Origin: Azolla caroliniana
Taxonomy: Eukaryota > Plantae > Polypodiophyta
Reading direction: 5' to 3'
Length of the DNA: 64,000 bases
Assembly: GCA_043228905.1 (NCBI GenBank)
Contig: JBHGNT010000013.1
Coordinates: 10,230,001 to 10,294,000, forward strand
Part shown: in pieces, positions 36,001-48,257 of the stretch
Layout: each line of letters opens with the position of its first letter
Position numbering within the stretch: the stretch's first letter is position 1
The notes under the pieces: generated by a model
The model's input: only the letters and a program-made list of their open reading frames with translations
The model's database searches: none
Told to the model about the DNA's origin: nothing
Translations under genes and position numbers: made by a program

Positions 36001-36320
36001 TGGTTGACGAAGAACTGGAGCTTTCAATAATGCTTCTTTCAATTGTTGAACAACTTGTGTATGTTCATCAGTCCAAATAAACTTCTTCCCTTTTCTTAAA
36101 AGTTGGTAGAGAGGATCTAATACATGTGCAAAGTGTGGTAACCAAATATGATAAAACACACATGCACCTAAAAATCTTCTCACATCTATTACCGATTCGC
36201 AAATCTCCTTCATATTTTGTATTGTATTAATTTTGATCGGTGAAGGCTTCCTCCCATACCAGCCACACATATGACAAACTATCAGAACTTCGTTCTGCCC
36301 AAAGCATGACTTTGTTCCTG
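33057..36320 (-). mobile_element. Degenerate Gypsy (RT end, RNase H, integrase) with an approximately 1.07-kb 3' LTR (about 33057-34130)
   Basis: VRRFLGAC, IVTVDTSPIGIGW, REDLTNQVEGR..IIADRG, YNPEGNG, RWFGPY; minus-strand PPT AGAGGGGGTAGA directly before TG at 34130; left LTR edge approximate. Confidence 0.8.
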
Positions 36321-36323
36321 ATG

Positions 36324-36610
36324 TGTCAATGACTGGTGTTGAATCCCTTCAAAGGAACCATGGAGGTTACAAGTATTTATACATGTTCTAAGATTGAATA
36401 TCTCTAGAATATACTCATCTAGAATATACCGTACAATATTTCTAGAATATACTAATGACTAGAATATTCTGATTCTGAAATGTACTATATGCTAGACTAT
36501 AGAATACTAAACCATTATATACAAATGCATGCTCATATCAAAATGGTTGAGCATGACATCTTGTAGCTGTGAGGTTGCAGGTTTAATCCTCAATAATTAC
36601 GTATTTGACG
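36324..36610 (-). mobile_element. Probable short solo LTR or LTR fragment
   Basis: TATAAATA on the minus strand, repeated TCTAGAAT motifs, and it interrupts the Gypsy RT; termini imperfect and no TSD verified. Confidence 0.4.
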
Positions 36611-37274
36611 TCGTTGTGCCGTGATAGTTCCCATCAAGGAGTTTTTTGTCAAACAAATGGAGGCAACACCACATAGATTGTGTCAAAGGTGAGGAAGCGA
36701 AATGGTGGTAGTTTATAATACCAGCTAATTGGATGTTTCGGGAGTGTTCGTTACGACATGTTTGTGTTCATGATGTTAAGGTGGTGTGCCATTTGGTTCG
36801 CATTCCAAATTGAGTGAAATGGAAACAATGCATGCTCCTTAGCATTGGTTCCCTCTTAAAACTTGTGATATGGGTACAATATATCAAGCTCTTGAAAGTA
36901 GGATCAATGAGGAGAAGATGGTGTGAACAATTGAGACAATCTTATAGAGGCCTTAGGTTGGTTCCAAAACTTGTATACATGACTAGAGAACGTGTGTCAA
37001 GGCTAGAGCCTTTGCTTGCTTTGCTCTCGACATCACTAGGCATGCTACGAAGGAGATCCTCGATCAACTAACAAGAGTTGTGGAAGAAGTGAGTGAAAAC
37101 TCCCATTGAAGCATACACCACCCTCATCATTAGACAATAATCAAACATATAAATCCCTTTGTTGTTGCGTGTTGAGCAACTGCATCACGTTTGCCAAGTG
37201 TTATCAGGCCATTCTAGGTCATGTTTGCCAAGTGTATTACAATTAGCCATTCCTTCTTTTTTGATTGTCTATAC

Positions 37275-37933
37275 TGTTAGGAATTTATCCCTCCTATGGG
37301 AGAAGTCGACAATCAAAGTCAATGAAGAAGTTGACATTGAATTGACGAGCCGAATACATGATGGTCGATTGGATCGCCCAGCGAGTCGACAGGGTCATTA
37401 ACTGGTTCTTGGAGGAGATAGAGAGCCGACTATGATAGTTGACTACATTGATGGATGCTCCAAGTCGAAGACAAGGCCGACAAGTCAAGCCGATTAATTA
37501 TTATACACATTATATATAATAATAATAATAACAACTACTTTTGTAAATATCCCATACTGTGTATGAATATAAATACACCTAGGGCAACCATTATGGTTAA
37601 TGATGCAAGGTAGAGCTTACGCAGTAGAGTGTAGAGGAGAGAGTAACAAAGAGTAGGAAGAGATGCGAGAGCGTGAGAGCGTGAGAGTGTGAGAGAGAGA
37701 TGCAGAGTTTAGTGAAACTTGCTGAAACCCTAAGAGGGTATTCTCTGTATTTATAGAGACTTGTAATCTCTCTTTTGTATCTCTGTTCATAGTGAAAACT
37801 TGTTGTCCTGTGGTTTTTGTCGTTTTAGGGTTTCCACGTAAATATTGTATTGTGTATTGTGCATTCTCTATTCGATTTTCTATTTTCTATTTTCTATTTC
37901 CGTGTTGGTGCATTTCAGTCTATCTTTCTCACA
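37275..37933 (+). mobile_element. Solo Copia-type LTR related to 4023-4673
   Basis: TGTTAGGAATTTATCCCT...CTCACA; TATAAATACACCTAGGG; GTGGTTTTT..GGGTTTCCACGT; flanks TATAC/TATCT form an imperfect TSD. Confidence 0.75.
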
Positions 37934-38421
37934 TATCTACGGTCTGAACTCATCATATACCTACATAATGCTTCTCTTATCATTAGGAGGATCGCAATGG
38001 CACCTTGAGGGATGTTTTCCAAAACCTCCATATATATTATAGAAATGTGTACTTTTATTGGACATATAATTTTGCAATGTGAGATTCTAGGAATGGGGTT
38101 TCAAACCTCCATTTCATGGGGGGCCAATTTGAGTTTTCTTTCTTTACCCTTTAGAAAAAGTTTTGAGTTCCTAAAATTATTAGGGGTTATAGCAATTTTG
38201 GCATATGCCTAATACGTTTGTATTTGAGACACAATTTGGTGTACAAAGACATATATTAGGCAATTGAAAGGTATAGTTCTCATTGTTGTAAACCCACAAA
38301 GATGTTCTCGCTTAAGGACATCCAAATATGTCAATTGGTGAGGCATAATATTTGCCTTTTGTGTCTTGAAGTTTTGTAGTATCTCAATCAAGATATGAAG
38401 ATCATTTGTCTCTAAATTATC

Positions 38422-41400
38422 TGTTGAGAATCAAGCTCAACCTGGTCTAGTGTGTGAACTCACCTTGAGAGTGAAGAGACACTCCAACGGTCAAGAGTCA
38501 CCATTATGTCACCACTTTGTATTCTAGCATTTAGTATGAGTCATAGAATCATATTCTATGACACATAACTTATGAGCTTTCACATTCCCCATGCTCCATG
38601 AGCCTTGTAGTTAATGAAGAGAGAGGGTGACTACATAAAGCACCCTCCTCCCACCTTGTATAATGTTGTCTTTCTCCTTTGTCAATATACTTTTACATTG
38701 TGTATTCCTTGTCTCTCTCTCACTCCCTCTCTCTCTCTCATACACACACATAACTCATATCTCTTCCGCTTCACAAGAATCCATCTCTTGATTCTTTACA
38801 TGGTATTAGAGCGATTTGGTAGCTCGATCTAGCCCATTCGCCTCATCGTGATCGTGTGTTGTGCTCCACGCCGACGACCAAGAACCGGCTCATCGCTATC
38901 GTAGCTTCGCTACATAGCTCGCATTCAAAGAGAGAAGAAGAAAAAGAAGAAAAAGAATCAACATAATGAATACTCAAATGGGGAGCGCTCTCCCTACCGA
39001 GAAGTTGGATCGAAATAACTTCGCATCTTGGGAGTACAAGATGCACCAATACCTTGTCGGACAAGGCTATTGGAGCTACATCAATGGAGCGCATGAAGAC
39101 CGACCCGCCGAAGCAGCTCCCGGATACGCAACATGGGAGCAAGCCGCTAGCCGCATGATGTATTGTTTGGCGACATGTGTTCACAACCACATGCTCGGTT
39201 ACATTCAAGAAGCCAAGACGCCGAAGGAAGCGTGGGAAAACCTACGAAAGATTTTCAGCGCCAACACGAACGCGAGGAAGCTTCAACTCCGCCAAGAGTT
39301 GAACAACATTCAACAAATGGATATGTCCATCACGACATACACCTTGAAGATCAAGGAGCTTTGCGACTCACTCGGCTCAATAAGCGTAAGTATAGATGAT
39401 GATGAAATGGTGCAAATATGCCTCGGCGGCCTCGCACCACGGTTCGGCACGATGCGAACCACCGTTCTAGCACGGGAGAAATCTCCCTCCTTGTTCGAGC
39501 TCCAATCAATGCTATTGGTCAAAGAAAACCATGTGCGTACGAGGAGCAATGAGTCGGAACGCCACATGCTCTACACGCACTCTAATGGAGGAAGAGGACG
39601 TGGACGAGCGAGAGGCCGATTCGGCCAAGGACAAGGCGGACGAGGTCCGACCTACGACAACAACTCCCAATTTCAGCCACAAAACGGAGGCCAACGAGGA
39701 ACCTTCGTAAGAAGGGGGAGCTTCCACTCTGGCCCGAGCCGTCAAAATGCAACCGAATGCGGATATTGCGGAAAGCTCGGCCACCACGAAGAAGAGTGCC
39801 GAAAGAAGATGTGTGAATCGGCTTCCACAAGCCGACAACTCACAAATTACGCGCACAATTCCGACTACGAAGAGTATAGCGGAATGTACGGGCACAACTC
39901 CGACTACGAGGATCGTGGTGGAATGTACGCATACAACTCCGACTGTGGCGAAATGTTCATGATGAAACATAGAGCAAACTCTATGTCGGCCTCTACCTCA
40001 ACTAGTGCCCTCAATCCGGAGGACGTATGGTTTGTTGACTCCGGAGCCTCAAACCATATGACATCCCACAAAGAATGGTTTCTCGAACTTCGAGAGCCGG
40101 AGGGACCCGGTTATGTCGAAACCGGAGATGACACTACGCACCCGATTCGGCACATCGGCAATGTTCCGTTTGGCGAAAGAGGTAAGCAAACATACATTAA
40201 AAATGTCTTGCATGTACCCACCATCACAAAGAATTTGGTCTCGGTTGGCCAAATAGTTGAGCAAGGGATGCAAGTACGATTCGACCAAGAAGGGTGCTTC
40301 ATCGAAAAAGAAGGTCGAATTATCGCACGCGGACGAAGAGAGGGCCGGATGTTCATTCTCGATTCGCACGAGATGAAATCCGCCATGTTCGCGAAAAGCA
40401 CGAAAGCTGACTCCGACATAGAGCTATGGCATAAGCGAATCGGCCACATCAATCTCAACAAACTCAAAGCAATAAAATCGAAAGGAGTCGTCATCGGACA
40501 CCCGACATTCAAAGAGAAGGAGATTGAAGGTGTATGCGAAGCGTGCCAATTCGGCAAGCAACATCGACACGTATTTCTGAAAGAGCGGAATGTGAGCAAA
40601 GGCGTACTCAACGTAATTCATTCCGATGTATGGGGTCCAGCCAAAACGGCGACATTCGGCGAATGCCGATATTACGTGCTCTTCATCGACGACTTTTCTA
40701 GGCACACTTGGATCTATCCGATGCGGCAAAAGAGCGAAGTGTTCGGACACTTACAAAAGTTCAAGAATGAAGTCGAGAAAGCCACGGGCCAACATGTACG
40801 ATGCCTTCGATCGGATGGCGGCAAGGAGTACTTCTTGGATGATTTCACGGCGTATCTCCGAAAGGAAGGAATTCGGCGAGAATTCACTTGCCGACACACT
40901 CCACAACAAAACGGAGTAGCCGAGCACAAAAATCGGCACATCCTCGAAGTAGCGCGGGCCATGATGAACGAGAAGCATATGCCCAAGTCATATTGGGCTG
41001 AAGCGGCAAATATGGCCATCTACCTAATGAACCGGTGCACAACATCCGGCGTGCACGAGGTCACTCCGCACGAAAGATTCTTCGGAAAGAAGCCGAAACT
41101 ATCACATGTTCGGATATTCGGCTCCATTGCGTACGTGCACATCCCCGACGAGAAGCGTCAAAAGCTCGACCCGAAGTCGAAGAAATGTATCCTCGTAGGA
41201 TACTCACTGGAGCAAAAGGGGTACAAGTGCTACAACCCCTCAACTCGAAAATCTCGGGTAAGTCGAGACGTCATCTTTGACGAGTCCGCATCCTGGTACA
41301 CACCAGAGACAACTTCGCTTCCGCTCGACCCGGAATCCACTGAACAAGAGATAGAGGATGAAGATCATCTTACGTGCATGTTCGATCACGACCCGACTGA

Positions 41401-43933
41401 GCGGATCACAAGAGCCTTTGAGCGATCAAAGCACATCACGGCCTAGCCCGAAGATAGACAAAGGCAAGGCGAAAATGGTGGAATATGAAGACGATCGCTT
41501 CGACGACGATGAATCGACTCACTCACTCGACAGTGAGTTCAGCGGTTTCGTGGTACCAATCGGAGCCAAGAATTCCCTCATCTCTGCAAATAAAAAGCTC
41601 CGTCGATCCACTCGTGAAAAGAACCTTGTAAGCCGATTCGGCTACAACGATTACATGGCGTACCATTACGCCTTCATGATGAAGGTAGCGACAGTACGGG
41701 AGCCGGAAACTTTTTCGGAAGCCGCGAAGGACCCGCGATGGATCAAAGCAATGAACGAGGAGATGCAGGCACTATGGAAGAACGAGACGTGGGATCTCGT
41801 TCCCACCTCACCACACAAAAAGGCGATCGGATGCAGATGGATCTACAACTAGGTGAAGTATAACGTCGATGGCTCCGTAAACCGCTACAAAGCTCGACTC
41901 GTAGCGAAAGGATACGCTCAGACGTATGGCGTTGACTACGAAGAGACCTTTGCCCCGGTGGCAAAGATGACGACGGTACGGACCGTAATTGCGATTGTCG
42001 CGGCGAAAGCGTGGCACCTCCATCAAATGGACGTCAAGAACGCCTTTCTACAAGGCGAATTAGATGAGGAGGTGTACATGATCCAACCACCCTGCTTTAA
42101 CTCGAGCACTCATCCAAAAGCCGTATGCCGACTCAAGAAGCCACTCTACAGCCTCAAGCAAGCACCGCGTGCTTGGCATTCGAAGATAACGCAATATCTT
42201 CATCAAATCGGCTTCTGTATGTCAAAATCGGACAACTCCCTCTACATACGAAGCAATTCCGCAAGTCCGATCGTCATCATCTTATATGTAGATGACCTAG
42301 TCATTGGAGGTGAGCATCTCGTCGAAATCACTAAGGTCAAATCCCTCCTTTCCGACAAGTTCGAGATGACGGACATGAAGGAGCTCCACTACTTCCCCGG
42401 CATCGAGGTAATTCGGACTCCAGCCGGAATCATGATCTCTCAACGGCACTACATCCTCAACTTGTTATACAAGTTCGGGATGGCTGAGTGCAAATCCGTA
42501 GCAACCCCGCTCGATTGTAATCTCAAACTAGATGCGAACTCCAGCACCAAAGCATGTGAGCCGACTCAGTATCGGCAACTCATCGGGAGTCTAATCTACC
42601 TCACTATCACTCGACCCGATCTCAGTTATCCGATCGGTCTCCTTAGCCAATTCATGCAAACACCGCGTGATACTCACTTGGATTGCGCTCAGCGAGTTCT
42701 ACGATACGTGAGCGGCACAATGGATTGCGGCATCCTCTACAAGACCGCGATGCCAATACAACTCAAGGGGTACACAGACGCCGATTGGGCCGGCTACAAA
42801 GCTGATAGAAGATCAACCTCCGGATTTGTTTTCTCCCTCGGCAGCGGAGCAATATCCTGGAGTAGCAAGAAGCAGCCTACCATCGCTCTTTCGAGTACGG
42901 AGGCGGAATATAGGGGCGCAGCTGTAGCTGCATGTGAAGCCGTATGGCTTAAGAGGATTTTGAAGGATTTGGGCGTTCCCATCAAGGATCCAACTCCCCT
43001 TTACTGCGACAACATGAGCAGTATTTATCTGGCTCGGAACCCAGTGTTCCACACGCGGACAAAGCACATCGAAGTGCACTATCACTTCATCTGAGAGCGC
43101 ATTCTAGCTGGCGATGTCGACCTACAACATATTAGCACCAATCTTCAAACAGCTGACATCTTCACTAAAGCCTTAGGAGCTGACAAGCTATGGCAATTCA
43201 TGACCGATCTCGGATTGACGATCCCTGACCTGCCAAGCTTGAGGGGGAGTACTGAAGGCACTACGCAATAACGCGTAGATTCCGCAACTACGCACTACGC
43301 AATAACGCGTGGATTCCGCAACTACGCACTACGCAATAACGCGTGGATTCCGCAACCACGCAACAAAGCCGCGAAGAAAGATGCAAGCCGAAGCACAGAC
43401 TTCGCAACTACGCACAACGCAAGCTGGAGCACGGATTCCACAACTCCGCATACATGCGAGTCGACACGAGTTGACGCGGACTCTAGAACGCGAGTTGAAG
43501 CGGATTTCGGATACAGTCTGAAACCGACCCGACTTGAGCTTGAGGGGGCGTGTTGAGAATCAAGCTCAACCTAGTCTAGTGTGTGAACTCACCTTGAGAG
43601 TGAAGAGACACTCCAACGGTCAAGAGTCACCATTATGTCACCACTTTGTATTCTAGCATTTAGTACGAGTCATAGAATCATATTCTATGACACATAACTT
43701 ATGAGCTTTCACATTCCCCATGCTCCATGAGCCTTGTAGTTAATGAAGGGAGAGGGTGACTACATAAAGCACCCTCCTCCCACCTTGTATAATGTTGTCT
43801 TTCTCCTTTGTCAATATACTTTTACATTGTGTATTCCTTGTCTCTCTCTCTCACTCTCTCTCTCTCTCTCTCATACACACACATAACTCATATCTCTTCC
43901 GCTTCACAAGAATCCATCTCTTGATTCTTTACA
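38422..43933 (+). mobile_element. Full-length, young Ty1/Copia LTR retrotransposon
   Basis: LTRs 38422-38800 and 43551-43933 near identical, TSD TTATC, PBS TGGTATTAGAGC 38801-38812, PPT GAGGGGGCG. Confidence 0.97.
38966..43270 (+). pseudogene. Copia gag-pol with one frameshift (about 41390) and in-frame stops (about 41850 and 43092)
   Basis: CGYCGKLGHHEEEC, WFVDSGAS, LWHKRIGH, HSDVWGP, ILYVDDLVI, YTDADWAG, YCDNMSSI. Confidence 0.93.
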
Positions 43934-45939
43934 TTATCATATGACCATATCAAATAATAACTTCTTTTGATGGCCAAAGTGATCTATCTATCCAACAAAA
44001 AGTAAATTTGAGCAAAATTAAATTGTACATAGAAATTAATAGGTAATTTCCTTAAGTTGTTATTCAAACTACAATGACATAAGGAACTATGAGTACAAAT
44101 AGCGGAGTATACAATGTACAAAATAAATATGTTTGGAAGAGGTATTGGCATACTACCAATGCGGTTAGCCCATGAACACTCACAAGATGGTCATATAACA
44201 TCAAAGTCTTCCCAAGTAAACCACATCGAGTGATCCTGCTCAACCTTAAGTAATGAGACTATATAACCCCCTCCAATGTAGACAACATCCTCTTTAATCA
44301 ATCGTTAAAGGGAGAGAAAGGCCTAATATATCCTCCAAACCTTTTTCCACTAAAATTAGGGATCACTCACTTGTTCACAAAGAATATAGATGTAATTACG
44401 ATAAAGCCAAGCATACTATTAATATATGTCAACTGTAAGCACAAAGTTTTACAAATTCCTGATGAAAATATTATAGTTACCAAACATATATATATATGAT
44501 GTTTTGAAATATGAAGCACACTATTGAAGTATCAATCATAAGGAAAACATTTTAGAATTTGTTTACAATAATACTATATAGTGCTTATTATTCTCAATCA
44601 TCACTTTTCACAAATAATAATGGAATTATGCTTTTAAACCCCATCTTAGACATTCCACAAAACAGAAGCGTGAATGTATGTCTTTGTCCACGTCAAAGCT
44701 CACTTTGGAAGGAAACCATTAAATGTTCTTTGATTTTTGTTCGATGTGATGGATGTTTGCAACATACCTTTTGAGTTCTCTCATCTTGAGGTACCCATGT
44801 TCCACTCAAGGCATAAACTAAAACATTTACATGTCCCTCTCTTTCCAATGTTGATTGTTTCACGCATTTCTTTTTCGTCACTTCCACTGCCACATATGGT
44901 TCCCCCCTCCCCCCCAAAAGTGAGAAAATCGTAGGAATCAATTGCATCCCCATTTTATTCCACATCTTTTACATTCTAATGTTTGAAGTCCACAAAACCA
45001 ATCTTTTATTGTGGAGACAAGAAATTATGCATGTGGTTCTCCCTCTTTAAATTTGGTGCCAAATCCTATTATCGATTCTTTTCCTTTAATCTTCCATTTG
45101 AGTTGGGTCTTGTAAAAGTCCTACACGTTTTTAAGCATATCGAAGAGCAATGCCAACATGTGTATTTATTCTTTATGAAAAATTAGATTGAAGATTATGC
45201 ATCAATTTTTATAAGTTAACAATTTGTGAGTTATTTTTAGATCACTACCCTGTAACATCTTTTACTATGATTCAGTAATTTAGAAGGTGAACGTGATTTC
45301 AAATTTATCGATATTTTGTCACAAGGTTTTGGGGAGGTATCACACACAAGAAAACACAAGGTGAAAGAGCACACAAGTAACTAACAACACAAGCCCCATT
45401 TCTTATTAGGTCTAAGTTTTGAAGAATTATAAATTCTATTTGAGTTACAATTTTAACTCTCAATCGTATTCAAGTTATCATTATATGGTTTGTGTGTTAA
45501 ATCAGAATATAAATCTTCAACAACATTCTAAGTTACAATATGTGCAATTATCAAGAGCCGAACTAGACCTGAGGGTTTACAATAGACCATGTGAATATCA
45601 ACAACTAATCTTTTGATAGAAAAACATTAAGGTAGATTATTACAATAAAATATATATGAAAAAAGTGTGAATGTAACTAAGATAATATGCTGAATGGAAC
45701 TAAGATATTATAGTTCGATGTGTTCTGTTTGGACATATACAAAACACAATTATAGATAAACAATCACGAAGAACATGCTCATATGGATGCACACACATAT
45801 GTATTGGTTAAGCACATACAATATTTGGCAAGGTGCAATTTGAAGAAATAACAAGTGTCAAGCACATCACATCACAAGCTTTTTCCTAGTCACCTCAATA
45901 AGCACAATCTACTTTACACACATTTTATAGAATATTGGG

Positions 45940-47240
45940 AACTAATTGATAGGAGAGAACCCTAAAACTTATTTGTATGACTCACATGACATGAAAGTCC
46001 ACAAATAACTTTCACCCAAGCCGTCCATTCTAGTGCAACCAATGAGGGAAAAGTGCCTTTATAAAGAAAACAAATATGGCTAAAGGTAAAAACATAAAAA
46101 TATGCAACTTGATAATATACTAAAGGAACATGGAAAACAATAAGAATTCATTCTAATAATTATGCATATAACAAATTGTATTTAAAACATTACCGCACAT
46201 AGCATCATTTATACATGAAACATTGTTGCTTAACATAAATTTCTTTATATGGAAATATATCTCCATTTGAGAATGTTTTCTTGACATCTATTTTATTCTC
46301 TAATATATAATGAACCTCCATATGATGAACACTATTATACTTGGTAATGGCATGGGAATTTCCTTTATCACCAATATCTTGCTTTTCATAATAGCCTTTG
46401 AAGTTGAGGTTCTTATTTGTCTAAGATCCCATCAGAATGGTATGTATTTAAGACCTAATTCTCATAAACAATCACCCACATTGGTTCCTTATCCAACAAT
46501 GACCCAAATGATGATTTCATTGATTGTGAGAAATGTTTCTCCTTTGTTTTATCAAGGAATCCTTATATGGAGTATTCTCAAGAACAACTTAATACACAAC
46601 CCATAGCAATTACATCTTGTTGACTATTGCACCCCAATGTGATGGCCAAAGTAGCATCATCATGTGACAAACGGTTAAATGCATGGATCTTTTTCTCAAC
46701 AATTGCATTGTGTTTGTGAAGTGCAAGGATGAGAAAGTTGATACTTGATGCCTTGTTTTCAAAAACATATTGAATTGCTTCCTATTAAATCCTATTAAAC
46801 CCTTTACCTAATGAAGGGATTTCAACAAGATTGAACAATTCTACAAATTCACCAAATGTTTCTTATTGATCAATCATGCATGAAATTTTATGTCGACAAT
46901 AAGCATGTACAATTTCTCAACATCTCCTTATTTGGAAATCCACTTCATGGTTTTACTTGAACTTGTCTTCTATGTGACTAGACAAAGAAAACACCTCATC
47001 AAAGTATGAACCTTCTTTCATAGATGGACTTGCCATTGAATATAATGTGCAGTGCACATTTTGTTTAGAGTTGAACTACAAATTGTTGCAAGCCCCCAAA
47101 GTCTTGGTGAGACTTTGAAGTTTGGAGAACCAAAACATGTGACATAATGGACATAGCCTCTTCTTTCCCTCATAAGAATGCATAGCACAAATTTACCAAG
47201 GAAATCGCCAAATAAACTATTCTGAACTTCATAACCTAGC
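45940..47240 (-). mobile_element. Possible highly decayed DNA-transposon (hAT-like) transposase relic
   Basis: Only weak peptide impressions on the minus strand; no intact ORF or TIRs found. Confidence 0.2.
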
Positions 47241-48257
47241 ATATATTAAATCCAGTCAAAAACCTACACATGTGAGAATAGAGGGTCTACTTATAAGGCT
47301 TTTCTGTTCTTTGGAAGCTTCTAAAGCATTGGTCTACGCACAGAATTTCCAAACTGGTGAACTTGCCACAATAACAGAAACTATGGTCAATAGATTCAGT
47401 CAGATACGTCAAAGAAATTATATCCCTAAACAACAGGCTAGGGGTAAAAAGATTATGTTCAACACATTCAGATAGGTCGAAATCAAACTCTGTATTTGGC
47501 CAAGTTACAGAAACTACACTTTAAACATCCAGACAGTTGATGGGGAAACAAACTTACCATTCACCTTCCGTCTTCAGCTTGTCAGGATATTGAACATTCA
47601 ATTCTACTGCACTGCCATCCCCACCAAATACCACCTTCAATCATTTACTGTAGAGCATGGGGAGTGCTTTCAAACATGTTTATCATAGCCACTCTCTAAG
47701 GGAGTGGTGCATAAAATCTAGCATATTCATCCTTAAACCGTTGATCAATTTAGTTTATAATAGCATTTAATTTAATATTAAACCCATCAGATGAGACACA
47801 ATTACACTCAAGAATCACGACACCTTGAATATGAATATCTGGACGGCAATACCTACAATGATAACAATCAATACAGCTTTGCTATGCCATACATTATTCA
47901 ACAAGGTCAATTTTATCACATATCAATTTGAGTTCATCACATAGATCAAGTCCATCAAGGTAAGGCATGGATGACTATTAGAATTGAAACTTAAAAAGAG
48001 GTAAATTTCTATCCCTTTTGTATTTCAATCAGTCTGATCTAGAAATTCCGTTTTGAAAGACAAATTCTCAGCGCTGCAATTGAGATGTCTGTAAAATCAA
48101 AAACCAGGAATTTGGCCTCAAAGAATTATATGACAAAAAACTTTCCAGCACACAAAAACAGCAAGGCACCATAACGAATCACCCACATCATGTTTAGTTT
48201 CCTCATTGCTCCTTGCACAGCAGGTACAATTTTCCAGTTATGTCATGCTGTGAAAGG

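Noticed and set aside
36700-37100. Possible MULE/SWIM transposase relic
   Set aside because: No motif could be read with enough confidence
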